This document shows, piece after piece, positions 16,464-26,004 of a stretch of DNA of 64,000 nucleotides (positions are counted from its first letter, which is position 1; every line of letters starts with the position of its first letter). A program made the translations under genes and the position numbers. Source of the stretch: Candidatus Saccharimonadales bacterium (GTDB taxonomy: Bacteria; Patescibacteriota; Saccharimonadia; Saccharimonadales; 2-12-FULL-41-12); assembly GCA_025451045.1 (NCBI GenBank), contig JANWLD010000001.1:343468-407467 (forward strand), given 5' to 3'. The notes below the pieces were generated by a model. The model was not told where the DNA came from. It worked only from the letters and a program-made list of their open reading frames with translations, and made no database searches.

Positions 16464-17570
16464 ATGGACAGAGACCAAGCGAAGTTATTTGACGACCAAC
16501 TTGGCCTGTATGACCCCTCGAAAACTTATCTGGAAAATTGGGACGAAGGTCCGTTTCCTGCTAAAGACTTCAAACTGTATGAAGATAAGGGCGAACCGGA
16601 ACTTACCTTTCTGGGCTTGCCGGTTTATTCGCCTTTCGGCATACCGGCCGGTCCGCTGTTAAACAGCAATCATATAAAATTCGCTTTTGACGGAGGCTTT
16701 GATGTAATCTGCTATAAAACCCAGCGCAGCGTAAAATTTTTGGCAAACGACTTTCCGAATGTCCTTTATTTGGATATTGAGGGTGATTTGACGATTGAGC
16801 GGGCAAAACAGCCGCTTGTGGGCCAGCCGACTACAACTAAACCGCTTAAAAACGTCTCAATCACCAATTCTTTCGGCAACCCAAGCTTAGGTCCGGATTT
16901 TTGGGTTGATGATTTGAAAAAAGCCCTAACCTATGAGAAAAAAGGCCAATTGCTGATAATGAGCGTGGTGGGCACAATCCAAGAAGGCTTTAGCCAAGAT
17001 GATTATTACGATGATTTTGCTAAAGCAGCCAAATTAGCAGCTTCTACCAGCGTGAAAGCAATTGAAATTAATCTTTCTTGTCCGAACGTCGCTTCAGAAG
17101 GCATTCTCTGTTATACCAAGGAAGCGGTAGTGGCAGTCTGTCAAAAAGTCAAAGAAGCTATCGGTGATACGCCGCTAATTACTAAATTCGGTTATTTCTC
17201 AAAAGCCCAAGAGCAATTACTGGAAGACACCCTCAAAGACATAGAGCCGCTTATATCGGCGATTTCGGCCATCAATACATTGCCGGCACCCGTGGTCGAT
17301 AGGAATGGTAAACAGGCTTTACCGGGCGAGGGAAGGCTGTCCAGTGGAATCTGCGGCGCAAGTATAAAGTGGGCCGGCCTTGACATGGTCGGACGATTAA
17401 ACAAACTCAAAGCTAAAAATAACTGGAATTATGAAATTATCGGTGTTGGCGGCGTGATGGGAGTCAATGATTTCCATAGTTACCGAGAAGCTGGTGCAGA
17501 TGTCGTGCAATCAGCTACCGCTGCCATGTGGAACACCGACTTAGCCGCGCAAATAAAAGCTAACTTATAA
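16464..17570 (+). CDS. pyrD: class-1 dihydroorotate dehydrogenase / dihydropyrimidine dehydrogenase-like flavoenzyme
   Basis: Active-site Cys loop 'IEINLSCPNV'; 'IIGVGGV' near the C-terminus; start trimmed to ATG 16464 by promoter geometry (track start 16443 is GTG inside the spacer). Confidence 0.7.
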   Translation: MDRDQAKLFDDQLGLYDPSKTYLENWDEGPFPAKDFKLYEDKGEPELTFLGLPVYSPFGIPAGPLLNSNHIKFAFDGGFDVICYKTQRSVKFLANDFPNVLYLDIEGDLTIERAKQPLVGQPTTTKPLKNVSITNSFGNPSLGPDFWVDDLKKALTYEKKGQLLIMSVVGTIQEGFSQDDYYDDFAKAAKLAASTSVKAIEINLSCPNVASEGILCYTKEAVVAVCQKVKEAIGDTPLITKFGYFSKAQEQLLEDTLKDIEPLISAISAINTLPAPVVDRNGKQALPGEGRLSSGICGASIKWAGLDMVGRLNKLKAKNNWNYEIIGVGGVMGVNDFHSYREAGADVVQSATAAMWNTDLAAQIKANL

Positions 17571-18624
17571 TCCGTCCGCTGCCGGGTTTAGCTAGGACTT
17601 GGCCGTTTTCGTAGGCTAGGTTGCCGCGGATATAAACTTTTTTAACTTTGCCTATGACTTTACGTCCGGCGAAAGGGCTCCAGCCGCATTTGGTTTTTAA
17701 ATCCTCGTTTTTTATTTCATACTCACTCATATCAACTTCAATCTTTGTATTCTCGTCCGGTTTTAACCCTAAGATTCTAGCGGGAGTTTCATATAGTTTA
17801 TCCAATATTTGCTCCCGGGAAATTTTACCATCACGCTCAGCAGTCAATAGCAGGGGCAGAGTAGTCTCCAAACCCGGTACCCCATAAGAGTCTTTAATTA
17901 TTTTTTCATCTTTAGTGTGCGGGGCATGGTCTGATTCAATAACGTCAATATTATTCAGATTTGCCCATAAAAATTGCCTGTCTGCCGGTGGTTTCAGGCT
18001 AGGCAGCATGTTAGCTAGAGACCCTAACTTTTCTTTGTCTTCGGTTGATAAGAAAAGATGATGAGGTGTTACGCCGCAAGTTATTGCCAACCCTTCAGTC
18101 TTGGCTTTCAGAATCGGTTCTAGTTCCTCCTGACTGGAAATATGGCAGAAGTGCACGCGCTTGCCGGTACGTCTTGCGGCTTCAATACCCATATCTACGC
18201 TGTTATCCTCTGCATGGAATAAAACCGGTTTATCACTCGGCCAGGCCTCGCAAATCCTGGTCAGTTCTTCTACATCGTTCAAAGCCTTCTTGCCCGTCAT
18301 GTTGGTAGTGGTAGTTATGAACAATTTGAGGCCGCATACTTTGTCAGACACTTTATTGAATTCAGAAATATTATCTTCGCCCAGCGAGCCAAAATAAAAC
18401 CCTACGTCCGCCACAATCTTGCCTTTGGCGCTTTCAATCTTCTTATCCACCAGCTCCTCGGTCGTTATATGCACTTCGTTATTAGGCATATCAAAAACGT
18501 TCACAAATCCGCCGGCCAGCGCGGCGCTTGTTCCACTGTAGAAATCTTCTTTTTGTAATTGCCATGGGTCGCGCAAATGAACGTGAAGATCTATCAGACC
18601 GGGCAAAGTTATTATTTGACCCAT
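17560..18624 (-). CDS. pyrC: dihydroorotase-like cyclic amidohydrolase
   Basis: 354 aa; metal-binding 'GLIDLHVHLRDP' (HxH); 'VIESDHAPH'. Confidence 0.8.
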   Translation of the reverse strand: MGQIITLPGLIDLHVHLRDPWQLQKEDFYSGTSAALAGGFVNVFDMPNNEVHITTEELVDKKIESAKGKIVADVGFYFGSLGEDNISEFNKVSDKVCGLKLFITTTTNMTGKKALNDVEELTRICEAWPSDKPVLFHAEDNSVDMGIEAARRTGKRVHFCHISSQEELEPILKAKTEGLAITCGVTPHHLFLSTEDKEKLGSLANMLPSLKPPADRQFLWANLNNIDVIESDHAPHTKDEKIIKDSYGVPGLETTLPLLLTAERDGKISREQILDKLYETPARILGLKPDENTKIEVDMSEYEIKNEDLKTKCGWSPFAGRKVIGKVKKVYIRGNLAYENGQVLAKPGSGRIIS

Positions 18625-19979
18625 ACGGTTTTAACGTTAACGAATTCTTTAATACCATAGTGTGAAAGCTCACGGCCATAACCGGATTTTTTTACGCCGC
18701 CAAAGGGCAAACGAGGGTCTGATTTGACCGGGCCGTTGATAAAAACTGCTCCGGATTCTATTTTAGCGGCTAGTTCTTCAGCCGCCAGCGCATCATTGGT
18801 GAAAATATCAGCGGCCAAGCCATAAATACTGCTGTTAGCCACTGCGGCGGCTTCATTTCTATCCTTGACTTTTATAATAGCGAACACCGGCCCGAAAGTT
18901 TCTTCGTTGCAGACGGGCATGTCCAAAGATGTATTGGTAACAATAGCCGGTTCAAAATAATAACCGTCCGAATCCGCGACTTTCCCGCCGATAATGACTT
19001 TTGCACCCATAGCGACCGAGCGGTTCAGCTGGCTGTCCAAATCATCAACCATCTGCTGATTTACTAATGGCCCTACATCTGTGCTCGGCTCGGCGGGGTC
19101 GCCAACCTTTAGCTTGCTAACGGCTGTCTTTAATTTGTCCGTAAATTCATCGGCTATTGATTCTTCTATTATGAATCTTTTGGCCGCTATACAGCTTTGC
19201 CCGGCATTATATTGAAGCCGCACGGTTACGGCCGCTTTTACGGCCGCGTCAAGGTCCGCATCGCCTAACACAATGAACGGGTCGCTGCCGCCTAGTTCCA
19301 ATACCGTCTTTTTTATCTCTTCGCCTGCTGTGCGGGCTACGGCCGAACCGGCTTTCTCGCTGCCGGTCAGTGTTACCGCCGTTATCCGCTCGTCACGAAT
19401 AATCGCTTCAACTTTTGATGACGGGATAGCGAGATTCTGAAAAGTTCCACCGGGAAATCCCGAACCTCCAAAAACTTCTTCAATTGCTAAAGCACTCATT
19501 TGAACGTTAGAGGCGTGTTTTAAAACCCCTGTATTTCCAGCCATCAAAGCTGGCGCGGCAAACCGGAAAACCTGCCAGAAAGGGAAATTCCACGGCATGA
19601 CAGCCAAAACTACACCGATTGGGTCAAACCTGACATAGCTGTTACTAGCATCGCTGGCTATTTTTTCGGGACTGAGGAATTTTTCGGCATTTTCAGCGTA
19701 AAATTCGCAGGTTGCGGCGCATTTTTCAATTTCTGCTTCTGAAGCGGACAGAGTTTTGCCGACTTCATCCGTGACAATATGGGCAAATTCCGCTTTGCGG
19801 CTTCGCAAAATTTCTGCTGCTTTTAACATCCATTTTTTGCGCTCGGCAAAAGAAGTTTCCTTAAGCTTTAAAAAAGCTTGTTGTGCTTTGCCCAGTTTTT
19901 CATCAACTTGTTTTTCATTTAGCTCATCAAAAGTTTTTATCAGCTGTTTATTTTTCGGATTGATTGACTGAAGTGACAT
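18612..19979 (-). CDS. NAD(P)+-dependent aldehyde dehydrogenase (succinate-semialdehyde DH-like)
   Basis: 455 aa; 'LELGGSDP' and catalytic Cys 'NAGQSCIAAKR'; 'EETFGPV'. Confidence 0.85.
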   Translation of the reverse strand: MSLQSINPKNKQLIKTFDELNEKQVDEKLGKAQQAFLKLKETSFAERKKWMLKAAEILRSRKAEFAHIVTDEVGKTLSASEAEIEKCAATCEFYAENAEKFLSPEKIASDASNSYVRFDPIGVVLAVMPWNFPFWQVFRFAAPALMAGNTGVLKHASNVQMSALAIEEVFGGSGFPGGTFQNLAIPSSKVEAIIRDERITAVTLTGSEKAGSAVARTAGEEIKKTVLELGGSDPFIVLGDADLDAAVKAAVTVRLQYNAGQSCIAAKRFIIEESIADEFTDKLKTAVSKLKVGDPAEPSTDVGPLVNQQMVDDLDSQLNRSVAMGAKVIIGGKVADSDGYYFEPAIVTNTSLDMPVCNEETFGPVFAIIKVKDRNEAAAVANSSIYGLAADIFTNDALAAEELAAKIESGAVFINGPVKSDPRLPFGGVKKSGYGRELSHYGIKEFVNVKTVWVK

Positions 19980-19987
19980 AAAATCTC

Positions 19988-21619
19988 CTAGATTTTTACC
20001 TTTGCAGCTAAATCTTTGCCAAAGTATTTTTCATTTTCAGAATAATCTATCTCTAGGTCTATAAGATGTATTCCCGGAGAATTCACATATTGCTTTAGCA
20101 TTTTTTCAAATTCTTCCGTCGATGTTGCTTTATGTCCGTTCGCCCCGAAACTTTCAGCCAGCTTAACGAAATCGGGGTTTGAAAAATTAAGTCCATAATC
20201 AGCCAGCTTCATTGCGTCTTGCTTCCACTTTATCATTCCGTATCCGTTGTCTCGCACGATTACAATAGTCATATCCAGTCCTAATCTTTTGGCCGTTTCA
20301 AGGTCCGCTACATTCATCAGAAAACCCCCGTCTCCGGCAACGACTACGACCTTTCTGTCAGGATATGAAAGCTTTGCCGCCATAGCTGCTGGTAAACCGG
20401 CTCCCATAGTAGCCAAAGCATTATCAAGTAAAACCGTATTTTGCTCGTAAGCTGGATAGTTACGGGCGATCCACAACTTGTACATACCGTTATCAAGCGA
20501 CAGCATTGCATCCCTCGGCAGTATTTTTCTAAGCGTTGACACTAAACGCTGGGGCTTAATAGGGAAATGGTCGGAATCGGCATTGTCCAGGATGCTTTTT
20601 TCAAGTTCCTTCTGTGCAATGTAAAATTTTGAAAAGTCCCAATTCTTTACTTTGACTCTTTCGGTTAGCGCCCAAAGCGCGTGGCTTATATCGCCGACTA
20701 TTTCTAGGTCAGGTACATATATGTCGTCAATATCTGCCGCCGAGAAATCAATATGCACCAGTTTCTGTCCTTTTATATCAAGTACCGGCGGTTTTTCGAA
20801 AATGTCATGTCCGACCATCACTATAAGGTCTGCCCGTTTTAATGCGGCATGTACAAAATCTTTCTCGCTAACGGCAGCTGTCCCGATAAATCGCCGGTCA
20901 CTCTCATCGATTACCCCTTTGCCCAGCTGGGTTGTGATAAAAGGTATGTCTGTTTTATTTATAAAATTTATCAGCTGTTTGCGTACAAGCCTGCGATTGG
21001 CGCCGGAACCTAAAAGCAGTATCGGCGATTTTGCGGCTTCTACCGTTTCAACCAGAGCATCTATGGCTTTTTCATCAGGCGTGGGCCGGCGTGTTTTTTG
21101 CCAAAGTATCGGCTTAGATTCTGTTTCTTCTTCAGCTATGTCTTCCGGAAATTCCAAATGCGTTGCTCCGGGCCGTTCTTTTTCAGCAATACGAATAGCA
21201 TGGTATACGGAGCTGGGTATACGTTCGGCACTTACTATGGTGTCGCTGAATTTAGTTATCGGCCGCATCATTCCCACGACATCGATTATCTGGAATTTGC
21301 CTTGTTTGCTGCGTTTAATCGGCTTTTGGCCGGTAATTACCAAAAGCGGCATAGCTCCCAGTTGGGCGTATGCTACGCCGGTGACCAGGTTTGTAGCGCC
21401 GGGACCGAGCGTTGAAAGAGCTACCCCTACATGCCCGGACAGCCTACCCAGCGTGGCCGCCATAAAGACTGCGGCCTGCTCATCGCGGGTTGTTATCATT
21501 TCAATGGAAGATTTTCGGATTGCCTCCAAAAGTGCAAGATTTTCCTCACCCGGCACGCCAAAAACGTATTTTACGTTAGACGCTTCCAGACTTTTTACAA
21601 AAAGTTCGGCCGCTTTCAC
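19988..21619 (-). CDS. alsS: acetolactate synthase-like ThDP enzyme (catabolic AlsS type, single subunit)
   Basis: 543 aa; 'FGVPGEENL' Pyr domain; ThDP motif 'GDGGFLMN'; no adjacent small regulatory subunit. Confidence 0.8.
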   Translation of the reverse strand: MKAAELFVKSLEASNVKYVFGVPGEENLALLEAIRKSSIEMITTRDEQAAVFMAATLGRLSGHVGVALSTLGPGATNLVTGVAYAQLGAMPLLVITGQKPIKRSKQGKFQIIDVVGMMRPITKFSDTIVSAERIPSSVYHAIRIAEKERPGATHLEFPEDIAEEETESKPILWQKTRRPTPDEKAIDALVETVEAAKSPILLLGSGANRRLVRKQLINFINKTDIPFITTQLGKGVIDESDRRFIGTAAVSEKDFVHAALKRADLIVMVGHDIFEKPPVLDIKGQKLVHIDFSAADIDDIYVPDLEIVGDISHALWALTERVKVKNWDFSKFYIAQKELEKSILDNADSDHFPIKPQRLVSTLRKILPRDAMLSLDNGMYKLWIARNYPAYEQNTVLLDNALATMGAGLPAAMAAKLSYPDRKVVVVAGDGGFLMNVADLETAKRLGLDMTIVIVRDNGYGMIKWKQDAMKLADYGLNFSNPDFVKLAESFGANGHKATSTEEFEKMLKQYVNSPGIHLIDLEIDYSENEKYFGKDLAAKVKI

Positions 21620-22218
21620 TGTGAACCGAGTCTCCTGGAAACCTCAGGCCAGTTGACGACTTTCCACCAAGCATCAATATATTCCGGCCGCCGATTTTGA
21701 TATTTCAGATAGTATGCGTGTTCCCAGACGTCCAGCCCCAGTATCGGCTTTGCGCCGCCGCTTATCGGGCAATCTTGATTAGCAGTGGACATAATTTCTA
21801 ATTTGTCCCCATTGGCTACCAGCCACGCCCAGCCTGAACCAAATCTGTTGGCCGCGGCTTCGGCGAATTTTTCTTTAAAGTTATCAAAACTTCCGAACGC
21901 AGTATTAATAGCTGATTCTATGTCGCCTGCAGGCTGTCCAGATTGCCCTGAACCCATAATTTGCCAGAACAGACGATGATTATAGTGTCCGCCTCCATGA
22001 TTGCGCACGGCGGTTCTTATGTCCTCGGGCACGTTGTTTAAATCGGCTAGTATTTCATCAATTGGTTTAGCCGCCAAATCATCGTGGCCTTCAAGGGCTT
22101 TATTAAGCTTATCTACATATGTTTGGTGATGTTTGGTGTGATGGATATTCATAGTCTGCTCATCGATATATGGCTCAAGAGCGTCATATCCGTAAGGTAG
22201 ATCAGGTAATTTAAACAT
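21616..22218 (-). CDS. sodA: Fe/Mn superoxide dismutase
   Basis: 200 aa; '[10 protein letters not shown]', '[15 protein letters not shown]'; AAGGAGG RBS. Confidence 0.95.
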   Translation of the reverse strand: MFKLPDLPYGYDALEPYIDEQTMNIHHTKHHQTYVDKLNKALEGHDDLAAKPIDEILADLNNVPEDIRTAVRNHGGGHYNHRLFWQIMGSGQSGQPAGDIESAINTAFGSFDNFKEKFAEAAANRFGSGWAWLVANGDKLEIMSTANQDCPISGGAKPILGLDVWEHAYYLKYQNRRPEYIDAWWKVVNWPEVSRRLGSQ

Positions 22219-22247
22219 AGTTAGCCCTCCTTGTCTTAATTGATATA

Positions 22248-23027
22248 TTATAACTCTTCTATCAGTTTTTTCAGATATCTACTCGATTTTGGTTTTACAT
22301 CGTGCATTTCAGGCACGTAATCAAGCTTAAGGCGCGGGTTGATTTGGGCAAGTTTCTTGGCCTTAACCTTTGATACGAAGAAATCAAACCGTCCGTATAT
22401 GATATGGACTGGTTTTGATATTATTTCCAGCTGTGACAGCGTTTCCTGCGCCAGAATGGTGTTGTTAAGCGAATGTTCAATTGGCAGCCAGCTTTCTTCG
22501 TCGGTCTTGAATCCGCCCAGTTTATTGCTAAATTTATTCGACACTTTAGCGTATGTCGAAAGCGTCGGCGGCTTGCCTGCCAGGTATTTATAAAATTTTT
22601 TATGTAGCGAGCGCTTTTCGTCAAAATCCAAAAGGGGCGGCTTATATAGGACGGCGGCCCGAACTTTGTCCGGCCATTTACAAGCTATATATGTCGTGAT
22701 TATGCAGCCCATGGAATGGCCGATGAAGATAAACTGCTCGCTTTTTGCGGACTCCTTGCTTAGGCTATGCATTATAGCTTTGGCGTGTTCTTTGGTTGAG
22801 TATTTGGCGTAACCGGGCTTTGGTGATACGCCAAAACCCAGTAAATCATAACTTCTGACTCGGTATTTTTCACTTTCAAAAAGTTTTACCAAAGGAGTCC
22901 AAATTTTAGAACTGGAAGCCAAGCCGTGGATTAAGACGACATTTATTGGGCCATTGCCTATATCTACCACTTTTTCCAGGCGATAAGGCCTTTTCAAATA
23001 TCTATGCCAAACAGTATCAAGAACCAT
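22248..23027 (-). CDS. alpha/beta-fold hydrolase
   Basis: 259 aa; nucleophile elbow 'GHSMG'; '[10 protein letters not shown]' oxyanion region. Confidence 0.8.
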   Translation of the reverse strand: MVLDTVWHRYLKRPYRLEKVVDIGNGPINVVLIHGLASSSKIWTPLVKLFESEKYRVRSYDLLGFGVSPKPGYAKYSTKEHAKAIMHSLSKESAKSEQFIFIGHSMGCIITTYIACKWPDKVRAAVLYKPPLLDFDEKRSLHKKFYKYLAGKPPTLSTYAKVSNKFSNKLGGFKTDEESWLPIEHSLNNTILAQETLSQLEIISKPVHIIYGRFDFFVSKVKAKKLAQINPRLKLDYVPEMHDVKPKSSRYLKKLIEEL

Positions 23028-23033
23028 ATATTT

Positions 23034-23039
23034 ATTATA
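23034..23039 (-). promoter_or_regulatory. -10 box (TATAAT) N6 upstream of ATG 23027: leaderless-type promoter
   Basis: minus-strand read: TATAAT aaatat ATG. Confidence 0.5.
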
Positions 23040-23052
23040 AAATTATAAGTCC

Positions 23053-23340
23053 ATGAAGGGTACGCTAAAGATACTAAGAAAAGCGGCGATTTTTATCGTA
23101 GGGACCGTAGTTATCCTTTTAGGCATTGTACTTTTACCGGCTCCCGGGCCGGGTTTGCTGGTAATTATCGCCGGGCTTTTCATCTTGTCCCTGGAATTTG
23201 ATTGGGCCAAAAGATACTTGCATCAAGCCCGCCAAAAGCTTAAACAGGCTAAAGACAAACTAAGTTCAAAACGGGTAAAAAATAAATCAGCCAAGAATAT
23301 TGACCGACCGAGCAATCATAAGCGCCAAAGTAAACGCTGA
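23053..23340 (+). CDS. PGPGW-motif small membrane protein
   Basis: 95 aa; 'LLPAPGPGLLVIIAGLFILSLEFDWAKR' matches the PGPGW transmembrane family as I remember it. Confidence 0.65.
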   Translation: MKGTLKILRKAAIFIVGTVVILLGIVLLPAPGPGLLVIIAGLFILSLEFDWAKRYLHQARQKLKQAKDKLSSKRVKNKSAKNIDRPSNHKRQSKR

Positions 23341-23940
23341 GACCATCGCCTGAAGCCCCATTAATGATTTTGCCTGTGGCGTCAGCGGCCGGGTGTCGGC
23401 CGCCGCGAAGTTTATGGCATTACTAGAAGACAAATATAAATAATCAACAAAGCTAGGTTGCCAACTTGGGAAATCCGCGGAGTTATCCTGTTGGGTAAAC
23501 TGAAAATCCTTATCATTCTTTGACCATTTGCTACCGGTCAGGCCCGGGCTGTCCATTTCCCAATACCAAAGCGCGAAGACAATTATATTGGTCAAAAATA
23601 TAGCTACGGCCGAAACTAAAAGTTCATAGCCGGTGATATTGCTTTGACCGACTATCAATGATCGGCCCACCAGAACAAAAGAGCTGATGTTCGCAATTGA
23701 TATCAGGCCTAAAAGTAAAATCGAAGCGTTACGGTGCAGCAGGTTGCGGCTTTCATGCCGGGTGGTCGAGGTAAAGCCGAGCAGGATTGCCAAAATTACT
23801 TCGGTAACGATTATCAAATAATGCGGCCCGAAAGCGAAATCACGGCTTATGGAATGCACCGCTATTTGCAATAAAATGGCTATAAACAGTACAGTCTGCG
23901 CCAGCCAAAGCTCGCTTTTTTTAATTGGATGTATTTTCAC
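23287..23940 (-). CDS. polytopic membrane protein (possibly DUF1345-like)
   Basis: 217 aa, 5-6 TM; 4 nt downstream of the preceding minus-strand gene, so probably the tail of the cyo transcription unit; family call from memory only. Confidence 0.5.
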   Translation of the reverse strand: MKIHPIKKSELWLAQTVLFIAILLQIAVHSISRDFAFGPHYLIIVTEVILAILLGFTSTTRHESRNLLHRNASILLLGLISIANISSFVLVGRSLIVGQSNITGYELLVSAVAIFLTNIIVFALWYWEMDSPGLTGSKWSKNDKDFQFTQQDNSADFPSWQPSFVDYLYLSSSNAINFAAADTRPLTPQAKSLMGLQAMVSAFTLALMIARSVNILG

Positions 23941-23944
23941 GGGT

Positions 23945-24199
23945 TTAATCCTCTTGTTTAACTAACTTTTGGTAAGCGGCGGCCATGCCAATCAAGACTC
24001 CGCAGACATAAACCAAACCGGAAATACAGGCGCCAACTAAGCTGGAGCGAGTACTTAATACGAGATATGTTCCACTGGCTAAAGTCATCAATATAAGGGC
24101 GGCAGATAATTTAAGTTTGGCGCGAGACGGCAAAAAGAAAGCCAAAGTCACCGAAACCATGCTGGAAACAGCGATTAATACGTGAAGCAACAGTATCAT
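23945..24199 (-). CDS. small 3-TM membrane protein
   Basis: 84 aa; 7 nt downstream of the cyoE stop, same strand. Confidence 0.55.
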   Translation of the reverse strand: MILLLHVLIAVSSMVSVTLAFFLPSRAKLKLSAALILMTLASGTYLVLSTRSSLVGACISGLVYVCGVLIGMAAAYQKLVKQED

Positions 24200-24206
24200 A
24201 ACGAAA

Positions 24207-25070
24207 TTATACCAGTCTTCCGCCTACGCTTAACATTACGGACAGGGTTAATAGTACTAATAATGAAAATACAAACATTTTCTTTGCCCACAGCTTGTCA
24301 TTTTCAACCTTAAAACCCCGAATCCCCATACCTAGCCAATAAATGCCGGCTCCCGCCATGACCAGCGCGAAAACTATTCCTGTATAACCAATCAGGCTTA
24401 ACAAAATACATAAAACTATGAAGCAGACTATGAAAAACAATATCTGGATTTTGGTCGATTTCATACCATTTTCAACCGGCCATACCGGGAGCCTGGCGGC
24501 CTTATAATCTTCAAACCGGCGCATTGCGATCGCATAAAAATGCGGCATCTGCCACGCCACTAATATCAGAAAGAGCAATAACGCTCCGCCGTCAAGGCTG
24601 TTAGTGGCGGCTGTATACCCGGCCAGTGGCGGCACGGCACCGGAAATAGTGCCGATTAACGTGCCATATTTGCTGCGCCGTTTGAAAAATCCATAGACAA
24701 CCACGTAAAAGAAAAAACCGGCCAGCCCTGCTACGGTTGTCAGCGGGTTTGTAAATTTAATCAATATAACGGTACCCAAAAGACCCAGAACAGTACCAAA
24801 GACAATAGCTTGCTTGGCAGTGATATCACCGGCGGCGATAGCCCGCTTTTTGGTGCGGCTCATTTTTTTATCAATGCCGCGGTCTATATAGTTGTTAAAC
24901 ACACAGCCGCTGGCCATTACCAATGCCGAACCGGCAACAACTCCGGCAAAGGCGCTCCAATCAATCGATGTTTTTGCCGAACCTAGCAAAAATCCGCCGA
25001 CAACAGAAAGCAGATTGCCGTAAATGATTCCCGGTTTGGTTAGCCAGTAGTACCTCTTAACCGTATTTAT
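24207..25070 (-). CDS. cyoE: protoheme IX farnesyltransferase (heme O synthase)
   Basis: UbiA-family 'NNYIDRGIDKKMSRTKKR'. The conserved N-terminal 'LTKPGIIYGNLLSVVGGF' lies upstream of the first canonical start (TTG 24989), so the 5' end is extended to ATA 25070 (see finding). Start is uncertain. Confidence 0.8.
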   Translation of the reverse strand: MNTVKRYYWLTKPGIIYGNLLSVVGGFLLGSAKTSIDWSAFAGVVAGSALVMASGCVFNNYIDRGIDKKMSRTKKRAIAAGDITAKQAIVFGTVLGLLGTVILIKFTNPLTTVAGLAGFFFYVVVYGFFKRRSKYGTLIGTISGAVPPLAGYTAATNSLDGGALLLFLILVAWQMPHFYAIAMRRFEDYKAARLPVWPVENGMKSTKIQILFFIVCFIVLCILLSLIGYTGIVFALVMAGAGIYWLGMGIRGFKVENDKLWAKKMFVFSLLVLLTLSVMLSVGGRLV

Positions 25071-25429
25071 TGCCGGATTCCTTCGTCGTGGATTATGAAT
25101 TCATCGGTTTCGTTAGGCAAACCTCCGTGGTCATGGCGGTAGTTAAGATTTGTCATTATCCAAAGCGAACCTAAAACTACTATCAGTACTACCATTACCG
25201 CAAAGAGAAAACTGACTAACTTCCAACGCGGTTTTTCCTCGCGGCCCAAGTGCAGGAAGAAAAGTACTTGTACGGCCAACTGCATTACAGCAAGAACGAG
25301 GATTACATAAAGCAATGCCCAGCCGGAAAAAGTAGTGTTTACGACAAGCGTATACGCCGTCAGGGTTAGGATGGCCGAGCTTATAAAGCCTACTGTGTAC
25401 GGCCTTTGCTTTTTGGTGATTTTAATCAT
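25067..25429 (-). CDS. cyoD: cytochrome bo3 quinol oxidase subunit IV
   Basis: 120 aa from ATG 25429 (ATGA overlap with the cyoC stop); three TM helices; position after cyoC. Confidence 0.8.
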   Translation of the reverse strand: MIKITKKQRPYTVGFISSAILTLTAYTLVVNTTFSGWALLYVILVLAVMQLAVQVLFFLHLGREEKPRWKLVSFLFAVMVVLIVVLGSLWIMTNLNYRHDHGGLPNETDEFIIHDEGIRQ

Positions 25430-26004
25430 AGCTGGATTGCTCCTGTCAGATAAACAATCGTAAAGATAAATATCCAAACTATATCAAGAAAGTGCCAGAA
25501 CAGACTCAAAAGTGTTAAGCGGCGAACGGTATGCCGGCCCAATCCGCGCTTGGCTACCTGCAGCATCATTACAATCATCCACAGCAAGCCTATTGTTATA
25601 TGCAGTCCATGGGTGCCGACCAATGTGAAGAAAGAGGAAAGGAATCCGTTAGCCGTCCAGCTATGGCCCTCGTTTACCAAATGGTTGAACTCGGTAAGCT
25701 CCATGGTCAAAAATGACAAGCCCAGCACAAAAGTCACTGCAAACCAACCAAGCACTTGGGTTTTTTCTTTTTGCCGCGCGGCCAAAAGCCCTAGGCCGCA
25801 GGTAAAACTGCTGGTCAAAAGCAACATTGTTTCAACCAAGACGAACGGCAGGCTGAATAGCTCGGCGCCAGTCGGACCGCCAAAAGTATTGTTGCGCAGC
25901 ACCGCGAAGGTCGCGAACAAGCTGGCAAATAGCACGCAGTCGGTCATTATATAAATCCAAAAGCCCAGCAGGTTCTTGGAATCGTTCTTCGCCGCTTCGT
26001 TCAT
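25426..26004 (-). CDS. cyoC: cytochrome bo3 quinol oxidase subunit III
   Basis: 192 aa, 5 TM; '[17 protein letters not shown]', '[14 protein letters not shown]' typical of subunit III. Confidence 0.9.
   Translation of the reverse strand: MNEAAKNDSKNLLGFWIYIMTDCVLFASLFATFAVLRNNTFGGPTGAELFSLPFVLVETMLLLTSSFTCGLGLLAARQKEKTQVLGWFAVTFVLGLSFLTMELTEFNHLVNEGHSWTANGFLSSFFTLVGTHGLHITIGLLWMIVMMLQVAKRGLGRHTVRRLTLLSLFWHFLDIVWIFIFTIVYLTGAIQL

Noticed and set aside
20652-21656. 334-aa ORF antisense to alsS (plus the smaller 21098..21415 and 21431..21700 ORFs)
   Set aside because: It is a shadow ORF opposite a well-supported ThDP enzyme gene. The translation is Ser/Ala/Ile-rich with no motifs and there are no start signals. 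Long antisense ORFs are expected opposite codon-biased genes.
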